Positions 8,678 to 18,212 of a stretch of 64,000 nucleotides of DNA are shown here, piece after piece; positions within the stretch are counted from its first letter, which is position 1, and each line of letters opens with the position of its first letter. The translations under genes were made by a program, and so were the position numbers. The notes under the pieces were generated by a model, which saw only the letters and a list, made by a program, of their open reading frames with translations, was not told the DNA's origin and made no database searches. The DNA is from a virus (lineage: Duplodnaviria; Caudoviricetes), in IMG/VR virus record IMGVR_UViG_3300033405_000003. The stretch is one strand, 5' to 3'.

Positions 8678-9483
8678 CGGAGCGAAAGGTCCGCCTTTTC
8701 CCGGAAGACCTCGCCAGCAAGCCAGAGTCGAAGAGCGATCCCATCGCGCTCATCGACCTCGACAGCACGGTGGCGGATTACGACAAGGCGCTTCGCGAGG
8801 TCATGCGCTCGCTCGAGGCGCCGAACGAGCCGGCGTACGCCGACCGTTACACGAACGGGGCCGAGCCCGCGTACATCGAGGCGCGCCGCAAGCTCGTCCA
8901 GCGCCAGCCTGGCTTCTGGCGGAATCTCGAGAAGATCCCGCTCGGTTTCGAGGTGGTGGATGAGCTTCGCCGGGCGGGCTTCAAGCTCCACGTGCTCACG
9001 AAGGGCCCGCAGAAGAACGGCGCGGCCTGGGGTGAGAAGCTCGAGTGGTCGCGCGAGCACCTGCCCGACGCGACGGTCACCGTCACCGGCGACAAGAGCA
9101 TCGTCTACGGCCGGGTGCTCGTGGATGATTTCCCGCCGTATTTCCTCGCGTGGCTCGCGAACCGCCCGCGGGGCCTCGTCATCTCGGTGGCCCACCCGTG
9201 GAACGAGGGGTTCAAGAAGGACGGCGCGCAGGCGCACCCGAATGTGCTCCGGTACGACGGCACCGACGTCATCGAGCTGCGCGAGGCGCTCCGCCGCGCG
9301 CGCGACCGCGAGTCCGGCGCGCCGCTCCACATGGCGGGCCCGCCGAAGGCTGGCCGTTGCGAGGCCTGCGACGGCAGCGGGCGGACGGAGCGCACGGACA
9401 TCCTGCCGGCCGGAGTGACGTGCCCGATCTGCAGGGGTACGGGGACCGTGCAGCCGGGCATGCAGTTCAGGGTGATGGGCTGA
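8674..9483 (+). CDS. HAD-family 5'(3')-deoxyribonucleotidase (NT5C-like) with C-terminal DnaJ-type Zn finger
   Basis: IDLDSTVAD, GFWRNL, VLTKGP, EKLEW, VLVDD, PWN; tail CEACDGSG...CPICRGTG. Confidence 0.8.
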   Translation: MTERKVRLFPEDLASKPESKSDPIALIDLDSTVADYDKALREVMRSLEAPNEPAYADRYTNGAEPAYIEARRKLVQRQPGFWRNLEKIPLGFEVVDELRRAGFKLHVLTKGPQKNGAAWGEKLEWSREHLPDATVTVTGDKSIVYGRVLVDDFPPYFLAWLANRPRGLVISVAHPWNEGFKKDGAQAHPNVLRYDGTDVIELREALRRARDRESGAPLHMAGPPKAGRCEACDGSGRTERTDILPAGVTCPICRGTGTVQPGMQFRVMG

Positions 9484-10025
9484 TGGGCGGTGCAGCGAAG
9501 AAACCGACGCTTGACGAGGTCGTCGCGCGCGTCTCCACCGAGGTCTACAAGACGACGCAGTTCTTCGAGGCGCTCGAGACCGCGGGCCTCATCGACGGCA
9601 ACGGGCACCACATGCGGCAGAAGGTGGCCGCGTTCGCCGCGGACCTCGTCCGCGAGCGCTGGAACGAGAAGGCCACCGCGGACGACGTGATCGACGTGGT
9701 CGTGGACGCGCTCAAGGACGACCCCATCTTCGCCAAGGCCGCTGAGATCTACAACAAGGTGATGGGGGACCGCATCGACTTCAAGGTGGGCACGTTCACC
9801 GTTCGGGTGTGGGACGGGATGGATGGGTGCTGGTCGGATTGCCACGAGGCGACCGGCGTGAGCGGCCCCGAGGCGCTCCTCGCGTGGATGGAGCGCACCG
9901 AGAGCGGGACCAAGCGCGTGAGCTTCAACGAGATCGACTACTACAAGATCTTTCCGTCGGACACACGCATGCACTGGAACGGCGCCGAGGGACGCGAGAT
10001 GTTTCGGGGCGGCGAGGAGGATTGA
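9483..10025 (+). CDS. hypothetical protein
   Basis: TGATG coupling and codon bias. Confidence 0.7.
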   Translation: MGGAAKKPTLDEVVARVSTEVYKTTQFFEALETAGLIDGNGHHMRQKVAAFAADLVRERWNEKATADDVIDVVVDALKDDPIFAKAAEIYNKVMGDRIDFKVGTFTVRVWDGMDGCWSDCHEATGVSGPEALLAWMERTESGTKRVSFNEIDYYKIFPSDTRMHWNGAEGREMFRGGEED

Positions 10026-10028
10026 GCA

Positions 10029-10256
10029 ATGGAAACGACCGAGAGGGGCATGATCTTGTGGGCCGAAGGGACGTGCGAGGCGCCCGTGCCGGATTCGGCG
10101 CCGGACCTCGTCGAGCTTTTCCCAGAACTCGAGAATGACGGGTTCACCGACGACGAGATGGAAATGGTGCGAGAGGCGCGGGCCCCGCATGACCCGAGCC
10201 ACCCGAACCATCGCGCGTACTGCCCAGGCTGCCCGGCGTGCGACAGGGAGCCGTGA
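10029..10256 (+). CDS. hypothetical protein
   Basis: GAGGAGG RBS. Confidence 0.55.
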   Translation: METTERGMILWAEGTCEAPVPDSAPDLVELFPELENDGFTDDEMEMVREARAPHDPSHPNHRAYCPGCPACDREP

Positions 10257-10259
10257 CCG

Positions 10260-10415
10260 ATGACGTACACCAAGGAGATGCGCGACCAGATCTCGCAGGA
10301 AGCGAAGGGCAAGAAGGTCGAGTCGCTCATGTGGGAGCCGGAGGAAGGCTACTGGGTCATGACGTTCGAGGACGGGAGCGAGATCAGCTTCCGGTTCATG
10401 GCGGAACTCATCTGA
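10260..10415 (+). CDS. small hypothetical phage protein (51 aa, not in ORF track)
   Basis: MTYTKEMRDQISQEAKGKKVESLMWEPEEGYWVMTFEDGSEISFRFMAELI*. Confidence 0.65.
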   Translation: MTYTKEMRDQISQEAKGKKVESLMWEPEEGYWVMTFEDGSEISFRFMAELI

Positions 10416-10430
10416 CGCGGAGGAAGAAAA

Positions 10431-10958
10431 ATGGAACCCAAGAAAGAGAGTGCGGGGGTGGAACGCTGCGAGGTCGTTGTCGACTCGAACCAGGTCGAGA
10501 ATTACAGCCAACGCGGCTACAGGACGATCGAGATACGCGAGGAGGACGTCTCGACGACGCAGTTCATCAACACGCAGGAGATCCTGCCGAACACGAGCTA
10601 CCCGACGCAGATCACCAAACAGGTCCCCGTCACGTTGAGGGTCCTCCGGTTCCACATGGTGAAAGACGGCGGGAGCCGCATCGCGGAACTCACCGAGCTG
10701 GTCGAGGCTATGAGGTTGAACGAGGAATCCCACGCGAAGAAATCGGCGGAGCACGACAAGACCATCGCTGGGCTCAAGTCCTCGTCGGAGTCGCTCACCC
10801 GCGACATCGAGCGACGGCGCGCGGACCTCGAGAAGGAGCTGAAGCTCACGGCCGAGCTGCGCGAGCGCCTCCGCAAGATGGAGGGCGACATCGCGAAGTT
10901 CAGGAAAGAGATCGGCGAGCAGCGCTGGCGCGAGATCACGAGCGACGCGCAGCCATGA
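10431..10958 (+). CDS. coiled-coil hypothetical protein
   Basis: GGAGG RBS. Confidence 0.7.
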   Translation: MEPKKESAGVERCEVVVDSNQVENYSQRGYRTIEIREEDVSTTQFINTQEILPNTSYPTQITKQVPVTLRVLRFHMVKDGGSRIAELTELVEAMRLNEESHAKKSAEHDKTIAGLKSSSESLTRDIERRRADLEKELKLTAELRERLRKMEGDIAKFRKEIGEQRWREITSDAQP

Positions 10959-11317
10959 GTGAGAGCCTCGACGGCGTCGCGCGCATCGCCCTCGAGAGGG
11001 AGCGCCAGAAGAAGGACGAGGGCTACGACGACGCGCACGACGACGAGCACGACGATGGCAGCCTCGCCATGGCGGCGGTCTGCTACGCGGCGGCTGCGGG
11101 GCAGGCCGTCTACCGCCATGAGGCGGACGCCCTCTCGGAGACCTGGGTGGACCCGTGGCCGTGGGACCGGAGGGGCGACAAGCGACCGACCACGGGGATG
11201 GGGACACTCAAGAAGACCACGGACGCGGAGAAGCTCGACCTGCTCGTCAAGGCTGGCGCGCTCATCGCGGCCGAGATCGACCGGCTGCTCCGCAAGCGCG
11301 ACAGGAGCAAGAGATGA
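10955..11317 (+). CDS. conserved phage protein (ERxRQ...HDD...WPW...LVKAGALIxAEIDRL type)
   Basis: Motif string recognised from phage hypothetical proteins. Confidence 0.75.
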   Translation: MSESLDGVARIALERERQKKDEGYDDAHDDEHDDGSLAMAAVCYAAAAGQAVYRHEADALSETWVDPWPWDRRGDKRPTTGMGTLKKTTDAEKLDLLVKAGALIAAEIDRLLRKRDRSKR

Positions 11318-11886
11318 CGCCGCGTTACTTCATCGATGCCGAGTTCCACGAGTCCGGCTACGGCCGGCCCATCGAGCTGATCTCGCTCGGCGTCGTGTGC
11401 GACGACGGGCGCGAGTTCTACGCGGTCGCGGGCGACGGCTGGGACAAGGAGACGGTCAGCGACTGGCTCAAGGAGAACGTCCTGCCGCACCTTCACTCGT
11501 GCCACGCCTGCATGGACGTGCCGGGCAGCGCGCAGGTCTACGGGCCGAGGAGCGAGATCGCGAAGATGCTCGCCGAGTTCATCCAGGACGAGCCGGGCGG
11601 CGACAAGCCGGAGATCTGGGGCTACTACAGCGACTACGACTGGGTCATCCTCTGCCAGCTCTTCGGCCGGATGATCGATCTCCCGAAACACTTCCCCAAG
11701 ATTTGCCTCGACATCAAGCAGCGCTGCATCTCGCTCGGTAACCCGAGGCTCCCGAGGCAGGAGTCGCACGCGCACAACGCGCTCGCGGACGCGCGGCACA
11801 ACAAGGTCATGTTCGACTTCCTCACCGCGACCGAGGCGGCAACCACCAGCAATGTCCTCCTCGCCGAGGGCAGGAGCAAGCGCTGA
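11314..11886 (+). CDS. DEDD 3'-5' exoribonuclease, Rv2179c-like
   Basis: YFIDAEF, IELISLG, REFYAV, YDWV, HNALADA. Confidence 0.85.
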   Translation: MTPRYFIDAEFHESGYGRPIELISLGVVCDDGREFYAVAGDGWDKETVSDWLKENVLPHLHSCHACMDVPGSAQVYGPRSEIAKMLAEFIQDEPGGDKPEIWGYYSDYDWVILCQLFGRMIDLPKHFPKICLDIKQRCISLGNPRLPRQESHAHNALADARHNKVMFDFLTATEAATTSNVLLAEGRSKR

Positions 11887-12173
11887 TGGACAAGACCAAG
11901 ACCCACGACTGGCTCTTCTCGATCAACACGTGGAACGTCCCGTCGAACGCGGACGGCTCGAGGGGCACGCTCTGGAGGACGGAACCCGGCTCGAACCTCG
12001 ACCTCGACCCGGCGAAAGTCGCCGAGGACATCGCGCGCAACCGCGTGCTCCAGCAGGACTCCGTCATCTGCCTGACGGAGGTCTCGACGGGCCGACGCTA
12101 CGAGGTCGTCGTCAAGGCGACGCACACAATCACGCACAGCACGACCCAGTGCCGCGAGGTCGGGCAGCGATGA
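11886..12173 (+). CDS. hypothetical protein
   Basis: Coupled ORF. Confidence 0.6.
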   Translation: MDKTKTHDWLFSINTWNVPSNADGSRGTLWRTEPGSNLDLDPAKVAEDIARNRVLQQDSVICLTEVSTGRRYEVVVKATHTITHSTTQCREVGQR

Positions 12174-12850
12174 CGGCGGCGACAGCAGAGATCGTTGTGG
12201 AGTTCGTCAAGGGAAGACCGGATCTCGAGGCCACCGTCCGCAAGAAGATGACGGACGCGTTCCGCGCGCCCGAGGAGTACGCGCCCGTGTGCGCCGACCT
12301 CGTGAAGGAGGCGCTCTCGGACGTGACCGACGGCGAGAAGGCGCTCCTCGACAGGATGCGCGGCAACGGCAATGTCGTCTGGGAGGACGTGGCACGGGCG
12401 TTCGGCGCCCCCATCGACCGCGCGCCGCCCGCACAGAACGAGGAGGCGAAAACGCCGCGCTTCGACTGGGAGAAGGCCCGCGTATTAGGCGCCGCCCTCT
12501 CGAGGGAAAGCTCGGCGCTCTCGACGTCGCTCGCCGAATTCGAGCGACGCGTCGTGGGACTCGACCTCGGCGTTGAAGCTACGGTGGAGATCGACAAGGA
12601 TAACCAGCTTCGGTTCGGCAAGCAGAACGGCAAATGGGGCCTCTACGTGGTGATGACAGGGCCGAACGGCGGGCAGTACGCCCTCCACAACGCGCCGAGG
12701 GCCCTGTGCATCGGCGCCGCGCACCAGCTCGTCGCCCTCCTCGCGCGCCTCGTCGAAAATGGCGAGCGGACGCTCGAGGAAGTGCGCGCGGCGAACGAAG
12801 GCGCAATCGACGCGATCGAGATCGCAGGCGAGGTCGAGGATGAGCGTTGA
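12170..12850 (+). CDS. hypothetical protein
   Basis: ATGA coupling and codon bias. Confidence 0.65.
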   Translation: MTAATAEIVVEFVKGRPDLEATVRKKMTDAFRAPEEYAPVCADLVKEALSDVTDGEKALLDRMRGNGNVVWEDVARAFGAPIDRAPPAQNEEAKTPRFDWEKARVLGAALSRESSALSTSLAEFERRVVGLDLGVEATVEIDKDNQLRFGKQNGKWGLYVVMTGPNGGQYALHNAPRALCIGAAHQLVALLARLVENGERTLEEVRAANEGAIDAIEIAGEVEDER

Positions 12851-13061
12851 CGACGCGGACGAGCGCGAGCCGTGGTGGACCTGGCGCTGGGACACTCTCG
12901 AGGTGAGGGGCGCGACCATCCCGTACGCGCGGATCAAGCGCTGGCGCCGCGGGTCCCTCCTTACGGTCTATCGCAAGGAGTCGGCAGGCGACGTGGCGTG
13001 GTGGGTCTACTTGCCGTTCAATATCGGGTTCGGGTTCTCGCACCCGACCAAGGAGAGGTGA
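12840..13061 (+). CDS. hypothetical protein
   Basis: Overlapping ORF with RBS. Confidence 0.5.
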   Translation: MSVDDADEREPWWTWRWDTLEVRGATIPYARIKRWRRGSLLTVYRKESAGDVAWWVYLPFNIGFGFSHPTKER

Positions 13062-13062
13062 G

Positions 13063-13278
13063 ATGCCGGTGACGCTCGACGACGACGAGGTGCGCGAGCT
13101 GCGCGCGCTCCTCCACGACCTCCACAGGAACCCTTTCTCGGGCGGCGAGATCAACGCGATGGGAGGCCTGCGCTCGGTGCTGCCGAGGACGCTCCTCGAC
13201 AAACTCTGCGTCCAGATCCCGGAGAACAAGACCGCGGAGGCGCTTCGCGCCGTGGACACGAAGGGCGCCGCCCGATGA
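13063..13278 (+). CDS. hypothetical protein
   Basis: GGAGAGG RBS. Confidence 0.6.
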   Translation: MPVTLDDDEVRELRALLHDLHRNPFSGGEINAMGGLRSVLPRTLLDKLCVQIPENKTAEALRAVDTKGAAR

Positions 13279-13499
13279 TCTGCGAGAAGTGCAGGGGCGA
13301 GGGGCAGAGGAGCACCGTGGAAATCGGCCCGAGCTTCACGACCGCGGCGATGGGGCGCACGTTTTACGACGAGGAAGGCGCCCACCACCGCCATGACCCG
13401 AACACGACCACGACGGAGTACTCGTGCTCGCGCGGGCACAAGTGGCAGGAGCGCACGCGGAGCGCGTGCCCCTCGTGCGCGTGGCCGGAGCACGAATGA
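13275..13499 (+). CDS. Cys/His-rich Zn-binding small protein
   Basis: CEKC, HRHDPN, CSRGH, CPSC. Confidence 0.65.
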   Translation: MICEKCRGEGQRSTVEIGPSFTTAAMGRTFYDEEGAHHRHDPNTTTTEYSCSRGHKWQERTRSACPSCAWPEHE

Positions 13500-13720
13500 G
13501 CCGACCGACGATCTTCTGCAACGCGTGCGGCGTCGAGGTCGACATCGACCGGTCGATGGGCGGGAGCTTCCTCGGCTACCGCGTGTGCTCGCCCGGCTGC
13601 GCCCGGGAGGCGCGCTGGCGCGACACGCTCCACATCATGAAGAAGGACTACCGGCCGGACCCGGAGCCGCTCGCGGGCGGCGCCTGGGACACGGAGCCCG
13701 GGACGAAGAACGCCGGTTAG
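13496..13720 (+). CDS. Zn-finger small protein
   Basis: CNAC and CSPGC. Confidence 0.6.
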   Translation: MSRPTIFCNACGVEVDIDRSMGGSFLGYRVCSPGCAREARWRDTLHIMKKDYRPDPEPLAGGAWDTEPGTKNAG

Positions 13721-13883
13721 GCCATAGCCAGACGACCGAACGAGCGATTTTTCGACTCGCTTGTTGGAAGGGATTCGCCCGTATATCCTTGTAGCCGAGC
13801 TAGAGCGAGAATCGGCTGAATAGGTGCAGCCAGTTCTCTGGATCATCGACCGAGCAAGGTCCCAGAGACACGAGGAGCGCACC

Positions 13884-14513
13884 ATGTCAGTCCAATCGAA
13901 CACCGGGACCGTCAACCCGACGGCGAACGCCCAGCAGATCGTGGCCATGCTCGGGAGCGGGCCCTTCGACAACCTCTCGGCGTACGTGCAGGGAGGCTCG
14001 ACCGGGTCGTACCTCTTCCGGCTTTTCGCCATCGTTGACGGCGTTCAGGTGCTCGTCGCGCGGGCGAACATCCTCGCCTCCCAGGCCGCGTCGCTCATCG
14101 CGTGGCAGCAGGACGGCGGCGACAGCACGATCATCTCGGCCGCGGGCGAGGCGTACATCCTGACGGTGCAGTCGAACTCCGCGGGCGCCTCGGACCCGGT
14201 CACGGTCACCCTCGCGGGCGTCGACGAGTTCGACACGGCCCCGGGCGAGCAGGCGGCCGAGAGCTTCACGCTCGCGGCCGGCGCGACGGGGACTATCGGA
14301 CCGTTCCAGGGCTTCTCGCAGGCGATCGACGTCGGCGTCGACCAGACGCTCATCACGTCGCCCATCACGGTCTCGGTCCTCGCGGACTGCGGGCCGGGCT
14401 CGGTGCAGGCCGTCGTCAAGAGCGTGACGCTCCGCGCCGGGATGAGTCGGCGTGATATCTCTACGCCACAACCGGGACAGACGCCGGACGAAGGAAAGGC
14501 GGAACCATCATGA
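13884..14513 (+). pseudogene. N-terminal part of a beta-rich structural-type protein, apparently truncated at about 14445
   Basis: GAGGAG RBS; Ser/Thr/Gly/Val-rich sequence that changes character abruptly after VTLRAG. Confidence 0.55.
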
Positions 14514-15106
14514 CCGTGCTTGATGTCCTCTGCATGATTGGCCTCATCGCATCGACTGCGGCACTAGTCCAGTACCACTGGTCGATTCGGAGAATTACCA
14601 CGCGTGCGCGACTCGAGACGTCTCGCTTCCCGCTTTTCGCTGCGCGGGATCATCTCGTCTACCTCGTTGCAAGCGAACAGGTTCGAGAAGACGAGCCGGC
14701 ATGGGGCAACATCTACGCGAGCATAAACTCGCTCCTGGGTTTGCATCAGAGCCTGCACCTATTCGACATCGTCAAGCAATACACGAGCTACCTCGCACGC
14801 CTCCGAAACGATCAGGAGTTCGCGCGCGAGGCGCTTCTACTTGAACGCGAAGAGAAAGAACTCTCGACGCGCGCTCCCTCCTTCGCTGAGGTCAGAAGGG
14901 AGATTGACGGCGCACTCCACCACCTCATCAAGTGCCGCACCAGCACCTGGCACATGCTCTTGATTGCTGGCTTCCTCGTCGTGCTGGCGATGGTCGTCGT
15001 GGCGTTCCAAGCGAACGCGGCAACCGCGAAGTTTGTGGGCAGCACGATGTTCGGCAAACCAAGCTCGAAGTACATGCGTGCTTTCGCCCTCCAATTCGCA
15101 GAGTGA
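14510..15106 (+). CDS. two-TM membrane protein with atypical (lower GC3) codon usage
   Basis: Hydrophobic N-terminus and HMLLIAGFLVVLAMVVVAF; many A/T-ending codons. Confidence 0.7.
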   Translation: MTVLDVLCMIGLIASTAALVQYHWSIRRITTRARLETSRFPLFAARDHLVYLVASEQVREDEPAWGNIYASINSLLGLHQSLHLFDIVKQYTSYLARLRNDQEFAREALLLEREEKELSTRAPSFAEVRREIDGALHHLIKCRTSTWHMLLIAGFLVVLAMVVVAFQANAATAKFVGSTMFGKPSSKYMRAFALQFAE

Positions 15107-15227
15107 CCGTCACGGTGGCAGGGCGCGTCGAATTCCAGATGCACGCGATAGTTCGACCCCAAACTGCTTCGCGGACTACATGTCGTCAATCGATGTGCGC
15201 ATTATGGAAATGCGCTGAAGCGCCGCG

Positions 15228-15713
15228 CTAAGCGTCGCAACTAGTTAAATCTTGCTGCCACGCTTCTTGTGCGGAGCGGTCCTTGAGCTTTGCACCGCTC
15301 ACGAAGTACGTAGTCGCGCGCTTCTGACCGCGCTTCGAAACGAGTTTCCTTTGGACCGCTTCGGCGAGTGGGCGGGGAAGTTCCCGTCTCTGAATACCAA
15401 GCTTCGTGCGGATGTCCTCCGCCCGGAGCCCTTTGGGGTTCGAGCGGACGAGGCTGACGATACGCTCAAGCATCCTCTGGATGTCCCCCTCCGAGCGGCG
15501 GTGCAGGCGACCGCGGGCCGCGCGCGCCGGTGTGTGCCGGGCAGCGTGCCCGTCATGACCGCGAGCGTGGACGCTGCGCCCATCGTGCGACTCGCGAAGG
15601 AGTAGTGGCGTGTTGGTTGTGTCCTGGGCGCAGAACGGGCACTGGCTGTCCTCCTTCACATAACCCAAGCCCTGACGCGGACCGCACCCAGTGGTCCGCA
15701 CATCCTGGCTCAC
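15228..15713 (-). CDS. basic winged-HTH DNA-binding protein (start uncertain, possibly truncated)
   Basis: GRLHRRS...IVSLVRSNPKGLRAEDIRTKLG...LPRPL...KRGQKRATTYF resembles a family I recall from Polyangia myxobacteria. Confidence 0.6.
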   Translation of the reverse strand: MSQDVRTTGCGPRQGLGYVKEDSQCPFCAQDTTNTPLLLRESHDGRSVHARGHDGHAARHTPARAARGRLHRRSEGDIQRMLERIVSLVRSNPKGLRAEDIRTKLGIQRRELPRPLAEAVQRKLVSKRGQKRATTYFVSGAKLKDRSAQEAWQQDLTSCDA

Positions 15714-15718
15714 CGCCG

Positions 15719-16174
15719 AGCCTCCAGGGCGGCGCGACGGTGCTCACCGGTACGCGCTGGCTCTTCGGGACGTGCGGTATCTTCGATTCCACGCCGGGCG
15801 GCCCGGGCGGCCAGAACCCGAACGGCGACGGCCTGCGCGTCACGCCGGGGGCAGACGGCGCGGTGACGTTCACGGACACGGACAGCACGAACCAAATTTG
15901 GGGCATGGGCAACGCGGGCACCGGTGTGTTCGTCGGCACGAACGGGAGCTTCCAGTTCGACCCGTCGGTGAACCCGACCCCGCTCTCCGTGACGGGCGCG
16001 GCAGGGAACTTCAACCTCGCGTCGAACGCGGCCGGCGGCTCGTTCTCGCCGACGACGGGCGGCGTGCCTGTAGGCCCGTTCGCGAACACGTGGCCGAACC
16101 TCTTTGGAGGCACGTTCCCGAACGAGGTGGCGTTCAACCCGATCTACAACGCCTGGCTCGCGCCGTTCCACTGA
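15719..16174 (+). pseudogene. C-terminal fragment of a Gly/Asn/Thr-rich beta-solenoid or fibre-like protein
   Basis: Strong coding bias resumes at about 15720 with no clear RBS or start. Confidence 0.55.
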
Positions 16175-16215
16175 CGACCGACTGAGGAGCCGCGGGTGGT
16201 TATGCTACGCGGCAC

Positions 16216-16584
16216 ATGCCGCGCAGACGCAGAGCCGCGCCCGAGGTCTGGGACGCGTCGTACTTCGCGCTCGCCTCGGCGTGGCGGGTCGCGGGCCACC
16301 TCTTCCCGCGCGCGCTTCGCGTGCGCTCTCGGCCCGTGACGCTCTCCCCCGAGGTCATCGACGCTGCGGCGGCGAGCGGCATCGAGCCGATGGCGCTCTC
16401 CTCGGCGCTCCTCTCGTGCGGGCACTTGGTGCTCGTGCCGCGCGAGCTGGAGCGAAGGCCGCTCGTGCCCTGCTACAAATGCTGGGCGCAGGCGGGCGGC
16501 CGAATCGCCGGGATCACTTGCTCGTTCTGCGGCGTCGCGCACGAACCCGACGTGCCTTGCATGAGACCTCATCTGGAACGATAA
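16216..16584 (+). CDS. Cys-rich hypothetical protein
   Basis: TATGCT upstream; CYKC and CSFC. Confidence 0.55.
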   Translation: MPRRRRAAPEVWDASYFALASAWRVAGHLFPRALRVRSRPVTLSPEVIDAAAASGIEPMALSSALLSCGHLVLVPRELERRPLVPCYKCWAQAGGRIAGITCSFCGVAHEPDVPCMRPHLER

Positions 16585-16689
16585 TCTCCCCGAATCCCGA
16601 ACCCAGGTTCGCCGTCACCGGACTCCCCCCCCCCCCGGGCCATGGCGGCCGGGCCCGGGATTCACTAACCAAGACGGGGCACGAGGAAC

Positions 16690-16926
16690 ATGGGCTTCTT
16701 GAGCAAGATCAAGGCGAGCGAGATCCTGCCGGCCGCCATCGGCGCCGTCGGCGTCGTCTACTACGCCCTGCAGGCTCACGCGCCCGAGCCCTCCCCGGGC
16801 TCGCCGTCCTACGAGCGGCGGATGAACGAATGGACGAAGCACGTGCAGACGGGCCAGCTCCTCGCGACCGCGGCCCTCGCGACGGGAGTCCTGATCGCCA
16901 GGTTCCGCAAACCGACGAGGGCCTAG
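16690..16926 (+). CDS. small two-TM membrane protein
   Basis: GAGGA RBS; two hydrophobic helices; similar to 42032-42286. Confidence 0.7.
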   Translation: MGFLSKIKASEILPAAIGAVGVVYYALQAHAPEPSPGSPSYERRMNEWTKHVQTGQLLATAALATGVLIARFRKPTRA

Positions 16927-16929
16927 GCC

Positions 16930-17184
16930 ATGACCAGCGTCCCGTGGTCGACGACGGTCCTGCTCTCGGTGCTCGCGGCGTGCGCCTCGGTGCTCGCGTG
17001 GAAGGGCGTCATCTCGAGCCACATGATCAGCGGGATGATGGGCGCCATCGTGGGCTACATCGTCCGGCAAGGGTTCGAGCAGGTGAGCGTGATGCGCGCG
17101 GCGGCGCGGGCGCGCGACTCGGGCGAGAAGGCGGCCAAGTTCGGGGCTGAGGCCCCCACCAACCCCGGCAAGAAGAACGAATGA
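16930..17184 (+). CDS. small two-TM, holin-like membrane protein
   Basis: Two TM helices and a charged C-tail. Confidence 0.6.
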   Translation: MTSVPWSTTVLLSVLAACASVLAWKGVISSHMISGMMGAIVGYIVRQGFEQVSVMRAAARARDSGEKAAKFGAEAPTNPGKKNE

Positions 17185-17459
17185 GCGGGGTGAAGGACGA
17201 CAAGGACCTCGCGCAGGAGAAGCTCGGGGCGCTCGAGTTCCCGCTCGGGCGGTACCAACACTACAAGGGTCCCTTCTACCGCGTCTTCGCCGTGTCGATC
17301 GACGAGGAGACGCTCGAGCCCCTCGTCCACTACGAGTCGCTCGCGCACCGGACGTCCTGGACGCGGAAGATGTCGAACTTCACCGAGACGGTGGCGCTCC
17401 CGTCCGGCGAGAAGAAGGCGAGGTTCCAGTTCGTGGGCTGGGCGGCCGGATTGAAATGA
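17181..17459 (+). CDS. DUF1653-family protein
   Basis: GRYQHYKG..YRV...ETLE.LV.Y..L....WTR....F......RF. Confidence 0.85.
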   Translation: MSGVKDDKDLAQEKLGALEFPLGRYQHYKGPFYRVFAVSIDEETLEPLVHYESLAHRTSWTRKMSNFTETVALPSGEKKARFQFVGWAAGLK

Positions 17460-17662
17460 GCAGCGGCGATTTCTTCTGCGAGGAGCACTCCGCCTGGAAC
17501 TGCGCGTGCGCCCATCTGCCCGGATCCATCACGACGAGCGGCGGCGGGGCGGCGCGCAAGAAGGGCGAGCCCGCGAGGTACTTCACGTTCCAGGACGTCG
17601 ACGGCAGCCTCGCGGACGAGAGCGTGACGTTCCCCGGACCGAGCGCGTCCGAAGAAAGGTGA
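17456..17662 (+). CDS. hypothetical protein
   Basis: Coupled ORF. Confidence 0.45.
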   Translation: MSSGDFFCEEHSAWNCACAHLPGSITTSGGGAARKKGEPARYFTFQDVDGSLADESVTFPGPSASEER

Positions 17663-17673
17663 TAGAGAGGATC

Positions 17674-18174
17674 ATGCTCAAGAAGATCACGAAGGTCCTC
17701 GCCGTCGTCCTCGGCCTCTCGATCGTCCCCGCCGCCGGCGCGTGCTCGGCGTGGACGAGTTTCCTCCAGAACCCAGCGGGCGCGATCTCGACGCTGCTCC
17801 AGTACGTTCAGATCTTCCTCCAGACGGCAGCGGCGATCTGGGCGATCATCTTCCCGCTCATCCCCGCCGCGTCCCAGGCGCAGGCCCAGGCCGAATACGA
17901 GAACGCCGTCTACACGATCTCGCAGGGCGAGGCCGCGCTCGAGGACGCCATGAAGGCCGCAGCCGCGGCCGGGCAATCGAGCCCGAACTTCTCGCAGCTC
18001 ATCGCGAACATCCAGGGCGCGGTCGACGCGCTCGCCGGCATCATCAGCAAGTGGGGCGGAGGCAGCGCCCTCGGAGACGCGGGCACGCTCGCGACCGTCT
18101 CGCCCCGCGGGGCCACGGCCGCGCAGATGGCCGAGCTTGCGCGCGAGCAGGGCGTCATCCACGCGTGGAAATAA
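17674..18174 (+). CDS. putative lipoprotein, alpha-helical
   Basis: MLKKITKVLAVVLGLSIVPAAGA-C signal peptide with lipobox-like AGAC. Confidence 0.7.
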   Translation: MLKKITKVLAVVLGLSIVPAAGACSAWTSFLQNPAGAISTLLQYVQIFLQTAAAIWAIIFPLIPAASQAQAQAEYENAVYTISQGEAALEDAMKAAAAAGQSSPNFSQLIANIQGAVDALAGIISKWGGGSALGDAGTLATVSPRGATAAQMAELAREQGVIHAWK

Positions 18175-18212
18175 TCTCGCGCATAGACCGTGATTCAGAC
18201 CGAGGAGAGACC

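Noticed and set aside
9105-11207. Long minus-strand ORFs (e.g. 9105-11207, 43561-45663, 51157-53016)
   Set aside because: These are shadow frames of GC-rich plus-strand genes with Arg/Ala/Pro-biased, motif-free translations.
14445-15720. IS element or integron cassette
   Set aside because: There is no transposase, no convincing terminal inverted repeats or target duplication, and no attC R/L boxes.
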